Counted from the stretch's first letter, positions 34,801 through 50,289 are shown. The stretch is 64,000 nt of DNA from Eledone cirrhosa (GCA_964016885.1 OZ024742.1:377084001-377148000), one strand, 5' to 3'. The notes: a model not told the origin generated them from the sequence alone. Numbers and translations are program-made.

Positions 34801-37800
34801 GTCGACACACTTCATCCTATAGTAAAGACTATAAAGTCCCAGGTCACTACTGTGGTCGACACACTTCATACTATAGTAAAGACTATAAAGTCCCAGGTCA
34901 CTACTGTGGTCGACACACTTCATCCTATAGTAAAGACTATAAAGTCCCAGGTCCCTACTGTGGTCGACACACTTCATACTATAGTAAAGACTATAAAGTC
35001 CCAGGTCACTACTGTGGTCGACACACTTCATCCTATAGTAAAGACTATAAAGTCCCAGGTCACTACTGTGGTCGACACACTTCATCCTATAGTAAAGACT
35101 ATAAAGTCCCAGGTCACTACTGTGGTCGACACACTTCATCCTATAGTAAAGACTATAAAGTCCCAGGTCACTACTGTGGTCGACACACTTCATCCTATAG
35201 TAAAGACTATAAAGTCCCAGGTCACTACTGTGGTCGACACACTTCATCCTATAGTAAAGACTATAAAGTCCCAGGTCACTACTGTGGTCGACACACTTCA
35301 TACTATAGTAAAGACTATAAAGTCCCAGGTCACTACTGTGGTCGACACATTAATACTATAGTAAAGACTATAAAGTCCCAGGTCACTACTGTGGTCGACA
35401 CACTTCATACTATAGTAAAGACTATAAAGTCCCAGGTCAATACTGTGGTCGATACACTTCATCCTATAGTAAAGAATATAAAGTCCCAGGTCACTACTGT
35501 GGTCGACACACTTCATCCTATAGTAAAGACTATAAAGTCCCAGGTCACTACTGTGGTCGACACACTTCATCCTATAGTAAAGACTATAAAGTCCCAGGTC
35601 ACTACTGTGGTCGACACACTTCATCCTATAGTAAAGACTATAATGTCCCAGGTCACTGCTGTGGTCGACACACTTCATCCTATAGTAAAGACTATAAAGT
35701 CCCAGGTCACTACTGTGGTCGACACACTTCATCCTATAGTAAAGACTATAAGGTCCCAGGTCACTACTGTGGTCAACACACTTCATACTATAGTAAAGAC
35801 TATAAAGTCCCAGGTCACTACTGTGGTGGACACACTTCATACTATAGTAAAGACTATAAAGTCCCAGGTCACTACTGTGGTCGACACACTTCATCCTATA
35901 GTAAAGACTATAAAGTCCCAGGTCACTACTGTGGTCGACACACTTCATACTATAGTAAAGACTATAAAGTCCCAGGTCACTACTGTGGTCGACACACTTC
36001 ATACTATAGTAAAGACTATAAAGTCCCAGGTCACTACTGTGGTCGACACACTTCATCCTATAGTAAAGACTATAACGTCCCAGGTCACTACTGTGGTCGA
36101 CACACTTCATCCTATAGTAAAGACTATAAAGTCCCAGGTCACTACTGTGGTCGACACACTTAATACTATAGTAAAGACCATAAAGTCCCAGGTCACTACT
36201 GTGGTCGACACACTTCATCCTATAGTAAAGACTATAAAGTCCCAGGTCACTACTGTGCTCGACACACTTCATCCTATAGTAAAGACTATTAAGTCCCAGG
36301 TCACTACTGTGGTCGACACACTTCATCCTATAGTAAAGACTATAAAGTCCCAGGTCACTACTGTGGTCGACACACTTCATCCTATAGTAAAGACTATAAA
36401 GTCCCAGGTCACTACTGTGGTCGACACACTTCATACTATAGTAAAGACTATAAAGTCCCAGGTCACTACTGTGGTCGACACACTTCATCCTATAGTAAAG
36501 ACTATAAAGTCCCAGGTCACTACTGTGGTCGACACACTTCATACTATAGTAAAGACTATAAAGTCCCAGGTCACTACTGTGGTCGACACACTTCATCCTA
36601 TAGTAAAGACTATAAAGTCCCAGGTCACTACTGTGGTCGACACACTTCATCCTATAGTAAAGACTATAAAGTCCCAGGTCACTACTGTGGTCGACACACT
36701 TCATCCTATAGTAAAGACTATAAAGTCCCAGGTCACTACTGTGGTCGACACACTTCATCCTATAGTAAAGACTATAAAGTCCCAGGTCACTACTGTGGTC
36801 GACACACTTCATCCTATAGTAAAGACTATAAAGTCCCAGGTCACTACTGTGGTCGACACACTTCATACTATAGTAAAGACTATAAAGTCCCAGGTCACTA
36901 CTGTGGTCGACACATTAATACTATAGTAAAGACTATAAAGTCCCAGGTCACTACTGTGGTCGACACACTTCATACTATAGTAAAGACTATAAAGTCCCAG
37001 GTCACTACTGTGGTCGATACACTTCATCCTATAGTAAAGAATATAAAGTCCCAGGTCACTACTGTGGTCGACACACTTCATCCTATAGTAAAGACTATAA
37101 AGTCCCAGGTCACTACTGTGGTCGACACACTTCATCCTATAGTAAAGACTATAAAGTCCCAGGTCACTACTGTGGTCGACACACTTCATCCTATAGTAAA
37201 GACTATAATGTCCCAGGTCACTGCTGTGGTCGACACACTTCATCCTATAGTAAAGACTATAAAGTCCCAGGTCACTACTGTGGTCGACACACTTCATCCT
37301 ATAGTAAAGACTATAAAGTCCCAGGTCACTACTGTGGTCAACACACTTCATACTATAGTAATGACTATAAAGTCCCAGGTCACTACTGTGGTGGACACAC
37401 TTCATACTATAGTAAAGACTATAAAGTCCCAGGTCACTACTGTGGTCGACACACTTCATCCTATAGTAAAGACTATAAAGTCCCAGGTCACTACTGTGGT
37501 CGACACACTTCATACTATAGTAAAGACTATAAAGTCCCAGGTCACTACTGTGGTCGACACACTTCATCCTATAGTAAAGACTATAACGTCCCAGGTCACT
37601 ACTGTGGTCGACACACTTCATACTATAGTAAAGACTATAAAGTCCCAGGTCACTACTGTGGTCGACACACTTTATCCTATAGTAAAGACTATAAAGTCCC
37701 AGGTCACTACTGTGGTCGACACACTTCATCCTATAGTAAAGACTATAAAGTCCCAGGTCACTACTGTGGTCGACACACTTCATACTATAGTAAAGACTAT

Positions 37801-38930
37801 AAAGTCCCAGGTCACTACTGTGGTCGACACACTTCATCCTATAGTAAAGACTATAAAGTCCCAGGTCACTACTGTGGTCGACACACTTCATACTATAGTA
37901 AAGACTTTAAAGTCCCAGGTGACTACTGTGGTCGACACACTTCATACTATAGTAAAGACTATAAAGTCCCAGGTCACTACTGTGGTCGACACACTTCATA
38001 CTATAGTAAAGACTATAAAGTCCCAGGTCACTACTGTGGTCGACACACTTCATCCTATAGTAAAGACTAAAAAGTCCCAGGTCACTACTGTGGTCGACAC
38101 ACTTCATCCTATAGTAAAGACTATAAAGTCCCAGGTCACTACTGTGGTCGACACACTTCATCCTATAGTAAAGACTATAAAGTCCCAGGTCACTACTGTG
38201 GTCGACACACTTCATCCTATAGTAAAGACTATAAAGTCCCAGGTCACTACTGTGGTCGACACACTTCATCCTATAGTAAAGACCATAAAGTCCCAGGTCA
38301 CTAATGTGGTAGACATACTTCATCCTATAGTAAAGACTATAATGTCCCAGGTCACTGCTGTGGTCGACACACTTCATCCTATAGTAAAGACTATGAAGTC
38401 CCAGGTCACTACTGTGGTCGACACACTTCATCCTATAGTAAAGACTATAAAGTCACAGGTCACTACTGTGGTCGACACACTTCATCCTATAGTAAAGACC
38501 ATAAAGTCCCAGGTCACTACTGTGGTCGACATACTTCATCCTATAGTAAAGACTATAATGTCCCAGGTCACTGCTGTGGTCGACACACTTCATCCTATAG
38601 TAAAGACTATAAAGTCCCAGGTCACTACTGTGGTTGACACACTTCATACTATAGTAAAGACTATAAAGTCCCAGGTCACTACTGTGGTCGACACACTTCA
38701 TACTATAGTAAAGACTATAAAGTCCCAGGTCACTACTGTGGTCGACACACTTCATACTATAGTAAAGACTATAAAGTCTCAGGTCACTACTGTGGTTTTC
38801 ACACTTCATCCTATAGTAAAGACTATAAAGTCCCAGGTCACTACTGTGGTCGACACACTTCATACTATAGTAAAGACTATAAAGTCCCAGGTCACTACTG
38901 TGGTCGACACACTTAATACTATAGTAAAGC
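19830..38930. repeat. Domain of ~1565-bp (29-monomer minus 1 nt) higher-order repeats in two alternating types
   Basis: The 1-nt-deleted monomer gacacattaatact recurs 8 times, with frame-1 ORF ends at 21764, 24299, 25864, 27429, 28994, 33526, 35361 and 36926. Spacings are 2535, 1565, 1565, 1565, 4532, 1835, 1565. Confidence 0.92.
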
Positions 38931-41900
38931 CTATAAAGTCCCAGGTCACTACTGTGGTCGACACACTTCATCCTATAGTAAAGATTATAAAGTCCCAGGT
39001 CACTACTGTGGTCGACACACTTCATCCTATAGTAAAGACTATAAAGTCCCAGGTCACTGCTGTGGTCGACACACTTCATCCTATAGTAAAATCTATAAAG
39101 TCCCAGGTCACTACTGTGGTCGACACACTTCATACTATAGTAAAGACTATAAATCACAGGTCACTACTGTGGTCGACACACTTCATCCTATAGTAAAGAC
39201 TATAAAGTCCCAGGTCACTACTGTGGTCGACACACTTCATCCTATAGTTAAAACTATAAAGTCCCAGGTCACTACTGTGGTCGACACACTTCATACTATA
39301 GTAAAGACTATAAAGTCACAGGTCACTACTGTGGTCGACACACTTCATCCTATAGTAAAGACTATAAAGTCCCAGGTCACTACTGTGGTCGACACACTTC
39401 ATCCTATAGTAAAGACTATAAAGTCCCAGGTCACTGCTGTGGTCGACACACTTCATCCTATAGTAAAAACTATAAAGTCCCAGGTCACTACTGTGGTCGA
39501 CACACTTCATCCTATAGTAAAGACTATAAAGTCCCAGGTCACTACTGTGGTCGACACACTTCATCCTATAGTAAAGACTATAAAGCCCCAGGTCACTACT
39601 GTGGTCGACACACTTCATACTATATTAAAGACTATAAAGTCCGAGGTCACTGCTGTGGTCGACACACTTCATCCTATAGTAAAAACCATAAAGTCCCAGG
39701 TCACTACTGTGGTCGACACACTTCATACTATAGTATAGACTATAAAGCCCCAGGTCACTACTGTGGTCGACACACTTCATACTATAGTAAAGACTTTAAA
39801 GTCCCAGGTCACTACTGTGGTCGACACACTTCATCCTATAGTAAAAACTATAAAGTCCCAGGTCACTACTGTGGTCGACACACTTCATCCTATAGTAAAG
39901 ACTATAAAGTCCCAGGTCACTACTGTGGTCGACACACTTCATCCTATAGTAAAGACTATAAAGCCCCAGGTCACTACTGTGGTCGACACACTTCATACTA
40001 TATTAAAGACTATAAAGTCCCAGGTCACTGCTGTTGTCGACACACTTCATCCTATAGTAAAAACTATAAAGTCCCAGGTCACTACTGTGGTCGACACACT
40101 TCATACTATAGTAAAGACTATAAAGTCCCAGGTCACTACTGTGGTCGACACACTTCATACTATATATAGTAAAGAATATAAAGTCCCAGGTCACTACTGT
40201 GGTCGACACACTTCATACTATAGTAAAGTCTATAAAGCCCCAGGTCACTACTGTGGTCGACACACTTCATACTATAGTAAAGACTATGAAGTCCCAGGTC
40301 ACTACTGTGGTCGACACACTTCATCCTATAGTAAAGACTATAAAGTCCCAGGTCACTACTGTGGTCGACACACTTCATACTATAGTAAAGACTATAAAGT
40401 CCCAGGTCACTACTGTGGTCGACACACTTCATACTATAGTACAGACTATAAAGTCCCAGGTCACTACTGTGGTCGACACACTTAATACTATAGTAAAGAC
40501 TATAAAGTCCCAGGTCACTGCTGTGGTCGACACACTTCATCCTATAGTAAAAACTATAAAGTCCCAGGTCACTACTGTGGTCGACACACTTCATACTATA
40601 GTAAAGACTATAAAGTCACAGGTCACTACTGTGGTCGACACACTTCATACTATAGTAAAGACTATAAAGCCCCAGGTCACTACTGTGGTCGACACACTTC
40701 ATCCTATAGTAAAAACTATAAAGTCCCAGGTCACTACTGTGGTCGACACACTTCATCCTATAGTAAAAACTATAAAGTCCCAGGTCACCACTGTGGTCGA
40801 CACACTTCATCCGATATTAAAGACTATAAAGTCCCAGGTCACTACTGTGGTCGACACACTTCATACTATAGTAAAGACTATAAAGCCCCAGGTCACTACT
40901 GTGGTCGACACACTTCATCCTATAGTAAAGACTATAAAGCCCCAGGTCACTACTGTGGTCGACACACTTCATCCTATAGTAAAAACTATAAAGTCCCAGG
41001 TCACTACTGTGGTCGACACACTTCATCCTATATTAAAGACTATAAAGTCCCAGGTCACTACTGTGGTCGACACACTTCATACTATAGTAAAGACTATAAA
41101 GTCCCAGGTCACTGCTGTGGTCGACACACTTCATCCTATAGTAAAAACTATAAAGTCCCAGGTCACTACTGTGGTCGACACACTTAATACTATAGTAAAG
41201 ACTATAAAGTCCCAGGTCACTGCTGTGGTCGACACACTTCATCCTATAGTAAAAACTATAAAGTCCCAGGTCACTACTGTGGTCGACACACTTCATACTA
41301 TAGTAAAGACTATAAAGTCACAGGTCACTACTGTGGTCGACACACTTCATACTATAGTAAAGACTATAAAGCCCCAGGTCACTACTGTGGTCGACACACT
41401 TCATCCTATAGTAAAGACTATAAAGTCCCAGGTCACTACTGTGGTCGACACACTTCATACTATAGTAAAGACTATAAAGTCCCAGGTCACTACTGTGGTC
41501 GACACACTTCATCCTATAGTAAAGACTATAAAGTCCCAGGTCACAACTGTGGTCGACACACTTCATACTATAGTAAAGACTATAAAGTCCCAGGTCACCT
41601 CTGTGGTCGACACACTTCATCCTATAGTAAAGACTATAAAGTCCCAGGTCATTGCTGTGGTCGACACACTTCATCCTATAGTAAAAACTATAAAGTCCCA
41701 GGTCACTACTGTGGTCGACACACTTCATACTATAGTAAAGACTATAAAGTCACAGGTCACTACTGTGGTCGACACACTTCATCCTATAGTAAAGACTATA
41801 AAGTCCCAGGTCACTACTGTGGTCGACACACTTCATCCTATAGTAAAGACTATAAAGTCCCAGGTCCCTACTGTGGTCGACACACTTCATCCTATAGTAA

Positions 41901-44900
41901 AGACTATAAAGTCCCAGGTCCCTACTGTGGTCGACACACTTCATCCTATAGTAAAGACTATAAAGTCCCAGGTCACTACTGTGGTCCACACACTTCATCC
42001 TATAGTAAAGACTATAAAGTCCCAGGTCACTGCTGTGGTCGACACACTTCATCCTATAGTAAAAACTATAAAGTCCCAGGTCACTAATGTGGTCGACACA
42101 CTTCATCCTATAGTAAAGACTATAAAGTCCCAGGTCACTACTGTGGTCGACACACCTCATACTATAGTAAAGACTATAAAGTCCCAGGTCACTACTGTGG
42201 TCGACACACTTCATACTATAGTAAAGACTATAAAGTCCCAGGTCACTGCTGTGGTCGACACACTTCATCCTATAGTAAAGACTATAAAGTCCCAGGTCAC
42301 TACTGTGGTCGACACACCTCATACTATAGTAAAGACTATAAAGTCCCAGGTCACTACTGTGGTCGACACACTTCATCCTATAGTAAAGACTATAAAGTCC
42401 CAGGTCCCTACTGTGGTCGACACACTTCATCCTATAGTAAAGACTATAAAGTCCCAGGTCACAACTGTGGTCGACACACTTCATCCTATAGTAAAGACTA
42501 TAAAGTCCCAGGTCACTGCTGTGGTCGACACACTTCATCCTATAGTAAAAACTATAAAGTCCCAGGTCACTAATGTGGTCGACACACTTCATCCTATAGT
42601 AAAGACTATAAAGTCCCAGGTCACTACTGTGGTCGACACACCTCATACTATAGTAAAGACTATAAAGTCCCAGGTCACTACTGTGATCGACACACTTCAT
42701 ACTATAGTAAAGACTATAAAGTCCCAGGTCACTACTGTGGTCGACACACTTCATCCTATAGTAAAGACTATAAAGTCCCAGGTCACTACTGTGGTCGACA
42801 CACTTCATCCTATAGTAAAGATTATAAAGTCCCAGGTCACTACTGTGGTCGACACACTTCATCCTATAGTAAAGACTATAAAGTCCCAGGTCACTGCTGT
42901 GGTCGACACACTTCATCCTATAGTAAAATCTATAAAGTCCCAGGTCACTACTGTGGTCGACACACTTCATACTATAGTAAAGACTATAAATCACAGGTCA
43001 CTACTGTGGTCGACACACTTCATCCTATAGTAAAGACTATAAAGTCCCAGGTCACTACTGTGGTCGACACACTTCATCCTATAGTTAAAACTATAAAGTC
43101 CCAGGTCACTACTGTGGTCGACACACTTCATACTATAGTAAAGACTATAAAGTCACAGGTCACTACTGTGGTCGACACACTTCATCCTATAGTAAAGACT
43201 ATAAAGTCCCAGGTCACTACTGTGGTCGACACACTTCATCCTATAGTAAAGACTATAAAGTCCCAGGTCACTGCTGTGGTCGACACACTTCATCCTATAG
43301 TAAAAACTATAAAGTCCCAGGTCACTACTGTGGTCGACACACTTCATCCTATAGTAAAGACTATAAAGTCCCAGGTCACTACTGTGGTCGACACACTTCA
43401 TCCTATAGTAAAGACTATAAAGCCCCAGGTCACTACTGTGGTCGACACACTTCATACTATATTAAAGACTATAAAGTCCGAGGTCACTGCTGTGGTCGAC
43501 ACACTTCATCCTATAGTAAAAACCATAAAGTCCCAGGTCACTACTGTGGTCGACACACTTCATACTATAGTATAGACTATAAAGCCCCAGGTCACTACTG
43601 TGGTCGACACACTTCATACTATAGTAAAGACTTTAAAGTCCCAGGTCACTACTGTGGTCGACACACTTCATCCTATAGTAAAAACTATAAAGTCCCAGGT
43701 CACTACTGTGGTCGACACACTTCATCCTATAGTAAAGACTATAAAGTCCCAGGTCACTACTGTGGTCGACACACTTCATCCTATAGTAAAGACTATAAAG
43801 CCCCAGGTCACTACTGTGGTCGACACACTTCATACTATATTAAAGACTATAAAGTCCCAGGTCACTGCTGTTGTCGACACACTTCATCCTATAGTAAAAA
43901 CTATAAAGTCCCAGGTCACTACTGTGGTCGACACACTTCATACTATAGTAAAGACTATAAAGTCCCAGGTCACTACTGTGGTCGACACACTTCATACTAT
44001 ATATAGTAAAGAATATAAAGTCCCAGGTCACTACTGTGGTCGACACACTTCATACTATAGTAAAGTCTATAAAGCCCCAGGTCACTACTGTGGTCGACAC
44101 ACTTCATACTATAGTAAAGACTATGAAGTCCCAGGTCACTACTGTGGTCGACACACTTCATCCTATAGTAAAGACTATAAAGTCCCAGGTCACTACTGTG
44201 GTCGACACACTTCATACTATAGTAAAGACTATAAAGTCCCAGGTCACTACTGTGGTCGACACACTTCATACTATAGTAAAGACTATAAAGTCCCAGGTCA
44301 CTACTGTGGTCGACACACTTAATACTATAGTAAAGACTATAAAGTCCCAGGTCACTGCTGTGGTCGACACACTTCATCCTATAGTAAAAACTATAAAGTC
44401 CCAGGTCACTACTGTGGTCGACACACTTCATACTATAGTAAAGACTATAAAGTCACAGGTCACTACTGTGGTCGACACACTTCATACTATAGTAAAGACT
44501 ATAAAGCCCCAGGTCACTACTGTGGTCGACACACTTCATCCTATAGTAAAAACTATAAAGTCCCAGGTCACTACTGTGGTCGACACACTTCATCCTATAG
44601 TAAAAACTATAAAGTCCCAGGTCACCACTGTGGTCGACACACTTCATCCGATATTAAAGACTATAAAGTCCCAGGTCACTACTGTGGTCGACACACTTCA
44701 TACTATAGTAAAGACTATAAAGCCCCAGGTCACTACTGTGGTCGACACACTTCATCCTATAGTAAAGACTATAAAGCCCCAGGTCACTACTGTGGTCGAC
44801 ACACTTCATCCTATAGTAAAAACTATAAAGTCCCAGGTCACTACTGTGGTCGACACACTTCATCCTATATTAAAGACTATAAAGTCCCAGGTCACTACTG

Positions 44901-46600
44901 TGGTCGACACACTTCATACTATAGTAAAGACTATAAAGTCCCAGGTCACTGCTGTGGTCGACACACTTCATCCTATAGTAAAAACTATAAAGTCCCAGGT
45001 CACTACTGTGGTCGACACACTTAATACTATAGTAAAGACTATAAAGTCCCAGGTCAGTGCTGTGGTCGACACACTTCATCCTATAGTAAAAACTATAAAG
45101 TCCCAGGTCACTACTGTGGTCGACACACTTCATACTATAGTAAAGACTATAAAGTCACAGGTCACTACTGTGGTCGACACACTTCATACTATAGTAAAGA
45201 CTATAAAGCCCCAGGTCACTACTGTGGTCGACACACTTCATCCTATAGTAAAGACTATAAAGTCCCAGGTCACTACTGTGGTCGACACACTTCATACTAT
45301 AGTAAAGACTATAAAGTCCCAGGTCACTACTGTGGTCGACACACTTCATCCTATAGTAAAGACTATAAAGTCCCAGGTCACAACTGTGGTCGACACACTT
45401 CATACTATAGTAAAGACTATAAAGTCCCAGGTCACCTCTGTGGTCGACACACTTCATCCTATAGTAAAGACTATAAAGTCCCAGGTCATTGCTGTGGTCG
45501 ACACACTTCATCCTATAGTAAAAACTATAAAGTCCCAGGTCACTACTGTGGTCGACACACTTCATACTATAGTAAAGACTATAAAGTCACAGGTCACTAC
45601 TGTGGTCGACACACTTCATCCTATAGTAAAGACTATAAAGTCCCAGGTCACTACTGTGGTCGACACACTTCATCCTATAGTAAAGACTATAAAGTCCCAG
45701 GTCCCTACTGTGGTCGACACACTTCATCCTATAGTAAAGACTATAAAGTCCCAGGTCCCTACTGTGGTCGACACACTTCATCCTATAGTAAAGACTATAA
45801 AGTCCCAGGTCACTACTGTGGTCCACACACTTCATCCTATAGTAAAGACTATAAAGTCCCAGGTCACTGCTGTGGTCGACACACTTCATCCTATAGTAAA
45901 AACTATAAAGTCCCAGGTCACTAATGTGGTCGACACACTTCATCCTATAGTAAAGACTATAAAGTCCCAGGTCACTACTGTGGTCGACACACCTCATACT
46001 ATAGTAAAGACTATAAAGTCCCAGGTCACTACTGTGGTCGACACACTTCATACTATAGTAAAGACTATAAAGTCCCAGGTCACTGCTGTGGTCGACACAC
46101 TTCATCCTATAGTAAAGACTATAAAGTCCCAGGTCACTACTGTGGTCGACACACCTCATACTATAGTAAAGACTATAAAGTCCCAGGTCACTACTGTGGT
46201 CGACACACTTCATCCTATAGTAAAGACTATAAAGTCCCAGGTCCCTACTGTGGTCGACACACTTCATCCTATAGTAAAGACTATAAAGTCCCAGGTCACA
46301 ACTGTGGTCGACACACTTCATCCTATAGTAAAGACTATAAAGTCCCAGGTCACTGCTGTGGTCGACACACTTCATCCTATAGTAAAAACTATAAAGTCCC
46401 AGGTCACTAATGTGGTCGACACACTTCATCCTATAGTAAAGACTATAAAGTCCCAGGTCACTACTGTGGTCGACACACCTCATACTATAGTAAAGACTAT
46501 AAAGTCCCAGGTCACTACTGTGGTCGACACACTTCATACTATAGTAAAGACTATAAAGTCCCAGGTCACTACTGTGGTCGACACACTTCATCCTATAGTA
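38930..46600. repeat. Tandem duplication of a 3837-bp block (71 monomers, +4 -1 nt)
   Basis: Paired markers at offset 3837: aagattata 38981/42818, aaatcacagg ~39151/42988, TAG 39736/43573, tatatatagt 40161/43998. Confidence 0.93.
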
Positions 46601-49600
46601 AAGACTATAAAGTCCCAGGTCACTACTGTGGTCGACACACTTCATCCTATAGTAAAGACTATAAAGTCCCAGGTCACTACTGTGGTCGACACACCTCATA
46701 CTATAGTAAAGACTATAAAGTCCCAGGTCACTACTGTGGTCGACACACTTCATCCTATAGTAAAGACTATAAATTCCCAGGTCACTACTATGGTCGACAC
46801 ACTTCATCCTATAGTAAACACTATAAAGTCCCAGGTCACTACTGTGGTCGACACACTTCATCCTATAGTAAAGACTATAAAGTCCCAGGTCACTACTGTG
46901 GTCGACACACTTCATACTATAGTAAAGACTATAAAGTCCCAGGTCACTACTGTGGTCGACACACTTCATCCTATAGTAAAGACTATAAAGTCCCAGGTCA
47001 CTACTGTGGTCGACACACTTCATCCTATAGTAAAGACTATAAAGTCCCAGGTCACTACTGTGGTCGACACACTTCATCCTATAGTAAAGACTATAAAGTC
47101 CCAGGTCACTACTGTGGTCGACACACTTCATACTATAGTAAAGACTATAAAGTCCCAGGTCACTGCTGTGGTCGACACACTTCATCCTATAGTAAAGACT
47201 ATAAAGTCCCAGGTCACTACTGTGGTCGACACACTTCATACTATAGTAAAGACTATAAAGTCCCAGGTCACTACTGTGGTCGACACACTTCATCCTATAG
47301 TAAAGAGTAATAAGTCCCAGGTCACTACTGTGGTCGACACACTTCATCCTATAGTAAAGAGTATAAAGTCCCAGGTCACTACTGTGGTCGACACACTTCC
47401 TACTATAGTAAAGACTATAAAGTCACAGGTCACTACTGTGGTCGACACACTTCATCCTATAGTAAAGACTATAAAGTCCCAGGTCACTACTGTGGTCGAC
47501 ACACTTCATCCTATAGTAAAGACTATAAAGTCCCAGGTCACTACTGTGGTCGACACACTTCATCCTATAGTAAAGACTATAAAGTCCCAGGTCACTACTG
47601 TGGTCGACACACTTCATCCTATAGTGAAGAGTATAAAGTCCCAGGTCACTACTGTGGTCGACACACTTCATACTATAGTAAAGACTATAAAGTCACAGGT
47701 CACTACTGTGGTCGACACACTTCATCCTATAGTAAAGACTATAAAGTCCCAGGATACTACTGTCGTCGACACACTTCATCCTATAGTAAAGACTATAAAG
47801 TCCCAGGTCACTACTGTGGTCGACACACTTCATCCTATAGTAAAGAGTATAAAGTCCCAGGTCACTACTGTGGTCGACACACTTCATACTATAGTAAAGA
47901 CTATAAAGTCCCAGGTCACTACTGTGGTCGACACACTTCATCCTATAGTAAAGACTATAAAGTCCCAGGTCACTACTGTGGTCGACACACTTCATCCTAT
48001 AGTAAAGACTATAAAGTCCCAGGTCACTACTGTGGTCGACACACTTCATCCTATAGTAAAGAGTATAAAGTCCCAGGTCACTACTGTGGTCGACACACTT
48101 CATCCTATAGTAAAGACTATAAAGTCCCAGGTCACTACTGTGGTCGACACACTTCATCCTATAGTAAAGACAATAAAGTCCCAGGTCACTACTGTGGTCG
48201 ACACACTTCATCCTATAGTAAAGAGTTTAAAGTCCCTGGTCACTACTGTGGTCGACACACTTCATACTATAGTAAAGACTATAAAGCCCCAGGTCACTAC
48301 TGTGGTCGAAACACTTCATCCTATAGTAAAGACTATAAAGTCCCAGGTCACTACTGTGGTCGACACACTTCATCCTATAGTAAAAAACTATAAAGTCCCA
48401 GGTCACTACTGTGGTCGACACACTTAATACTATAGTAAAGACTATAAAGTCCCAGGTCACTACTGTGGTCGACACACTTCATCCTATAGTAAAGACTATA
48501 AAGTCCCAGGTCCCTACTGTGGTCGACACACTTCATCCTATAGTAAAAACTTAAAAGTCCCAGGTCACTACTGTGGTCGACACACTTCATACTATAGTAA
48601 AGACTATAAAGTCACAGGTCACTACTGTGGTCGACACACTTCATCCTATAGTAAAGACTATAAAGTCCCAGGTCACTACTGTGGTCGACACACTTCATCC
48701 TATAGTAAAGACTATAAAGTCCCAGGTCCCTACTGTGGTCGACACACTTCATCCTATAGTAAAGACTATAAAGTCCCAGGTCCCTACTGTGGTCGACACA
48801 CTTCATCCTATAGTAAAGACTATAAAGTCCCAGGTCACTACTGTGGTCCACACACTTCATCCTATAGTAAAGACTATAAAGTCCCAGGTCACTGCTGTGG
48901 TCGACACACTTCATCCTATAGTAAAAACTATAAAGTCCCAGGTCACTAATGTGGTCGACACACTTCATCCTATAGTAAAGACTATAAAGTCCCAGGTCAC
49001 TACTGTGGTCGACACACCTCATACTATAGTAAAGACTATAAAGTCCCAGGTCACTACTGTGGTCGACACACTTCATACTATAGTAAAGACTATAAAGTCC
49101 CAGGTCACTGCTGTGGTCGACACACTTCATCCTATAGTAAAGACTATAAAGTCCCAGGTCACTACTGTGGTCGACACACCTCATACTATAGTAAAGACTA
49201 TAAAGTCCCAGGTCACTACTGTGGTCGACACACTTCATCCTATAGTAAAGACCATAAAGTCCCAGGTCCCTACTGTGGTCGACACACTTCATCCTATAGT
49301 AAAGACTATAAAGTCCCAGGTCACTACTGTGGTCGACACACTTCATCCTATAGTAAAGACTATAAAGTCCCAGGTCACTGCTGTGGTCGACACACTTCAT
49401 CCTATAGTAAAAACTCTAAAGTCCCAGGTCACTAATGTGGTCGACACACTTCATCCTATAGTAAAGACTATAAAGTCCCAGGTCACTACTGTGGTCGACA
49501 CACCTCATACTATAGTAAAGACTATAAAGTCCCAGGTCACTACTGTGGTCGACACACTTCATACTATAGTAAAGACTATAAAGTGCCAGGTCACTACTGT

Positions 49601-50289
49601 GGTCGACACACTTCATCCTATAGTAAAGACTATAAAGTCCCAGGTCACTACTGTGGTCGACACACTTCATCCTATAGTAAAGACTATAAAGTCCCAGGTC
49701 ACTACTGTGGTCGACACACCTCATACTATAGTAAAGACTATAAAGTCCCAGGTCACTACTGTGGTCGACACACTTCATCCTATAGTAAAGACTATAAAGT
49801 CCCAGGTCACTACTGTGGTCGACACACTTCATCCTATAGTAAACACTATAAAGTCCCAGGTCACTACTGTGGTCGACACACTTCATCCTATAGTAAAGAC
49901 TATAAAGTCCCAGGTCACTACTGTGGTCGACACACTTCATACTATAGTAAAGACTATAAAGTCCCAGGTCACTACTGTGGTCGACACACTTCATCCTATA
50001 GTAAAGACTATAAAGTCCCAGGTCACTACTGTGGTCGACACACTTCATCCTATAGTAAAGACTATAAAGTCCCAGGTCACTACTGTGGTCGACACACTTC
50101 ATACTATAGTAAAGACTATAAAGTCCCAGGTCACTACTGTGGTCGACACACTTCATCCTATAGTAAAGACTATAAAGTCCCAGGTCACTACTGTGGTCGA
50201 CACACTTCATCCTATAGTAAAGACTATAAAGTCCCAGGTCACTACTGTGGTCGACACACTTCATACTATAGTAAAGACTATAAAGTCCC

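Noticed and set aside
48381-48388. +1 A frameshift as a biologically meaningful event
   Set aside because: It is a singleton in a homopolymer, and the related copies (~57240, ~59075) have five A's. It may be a sequencing error.
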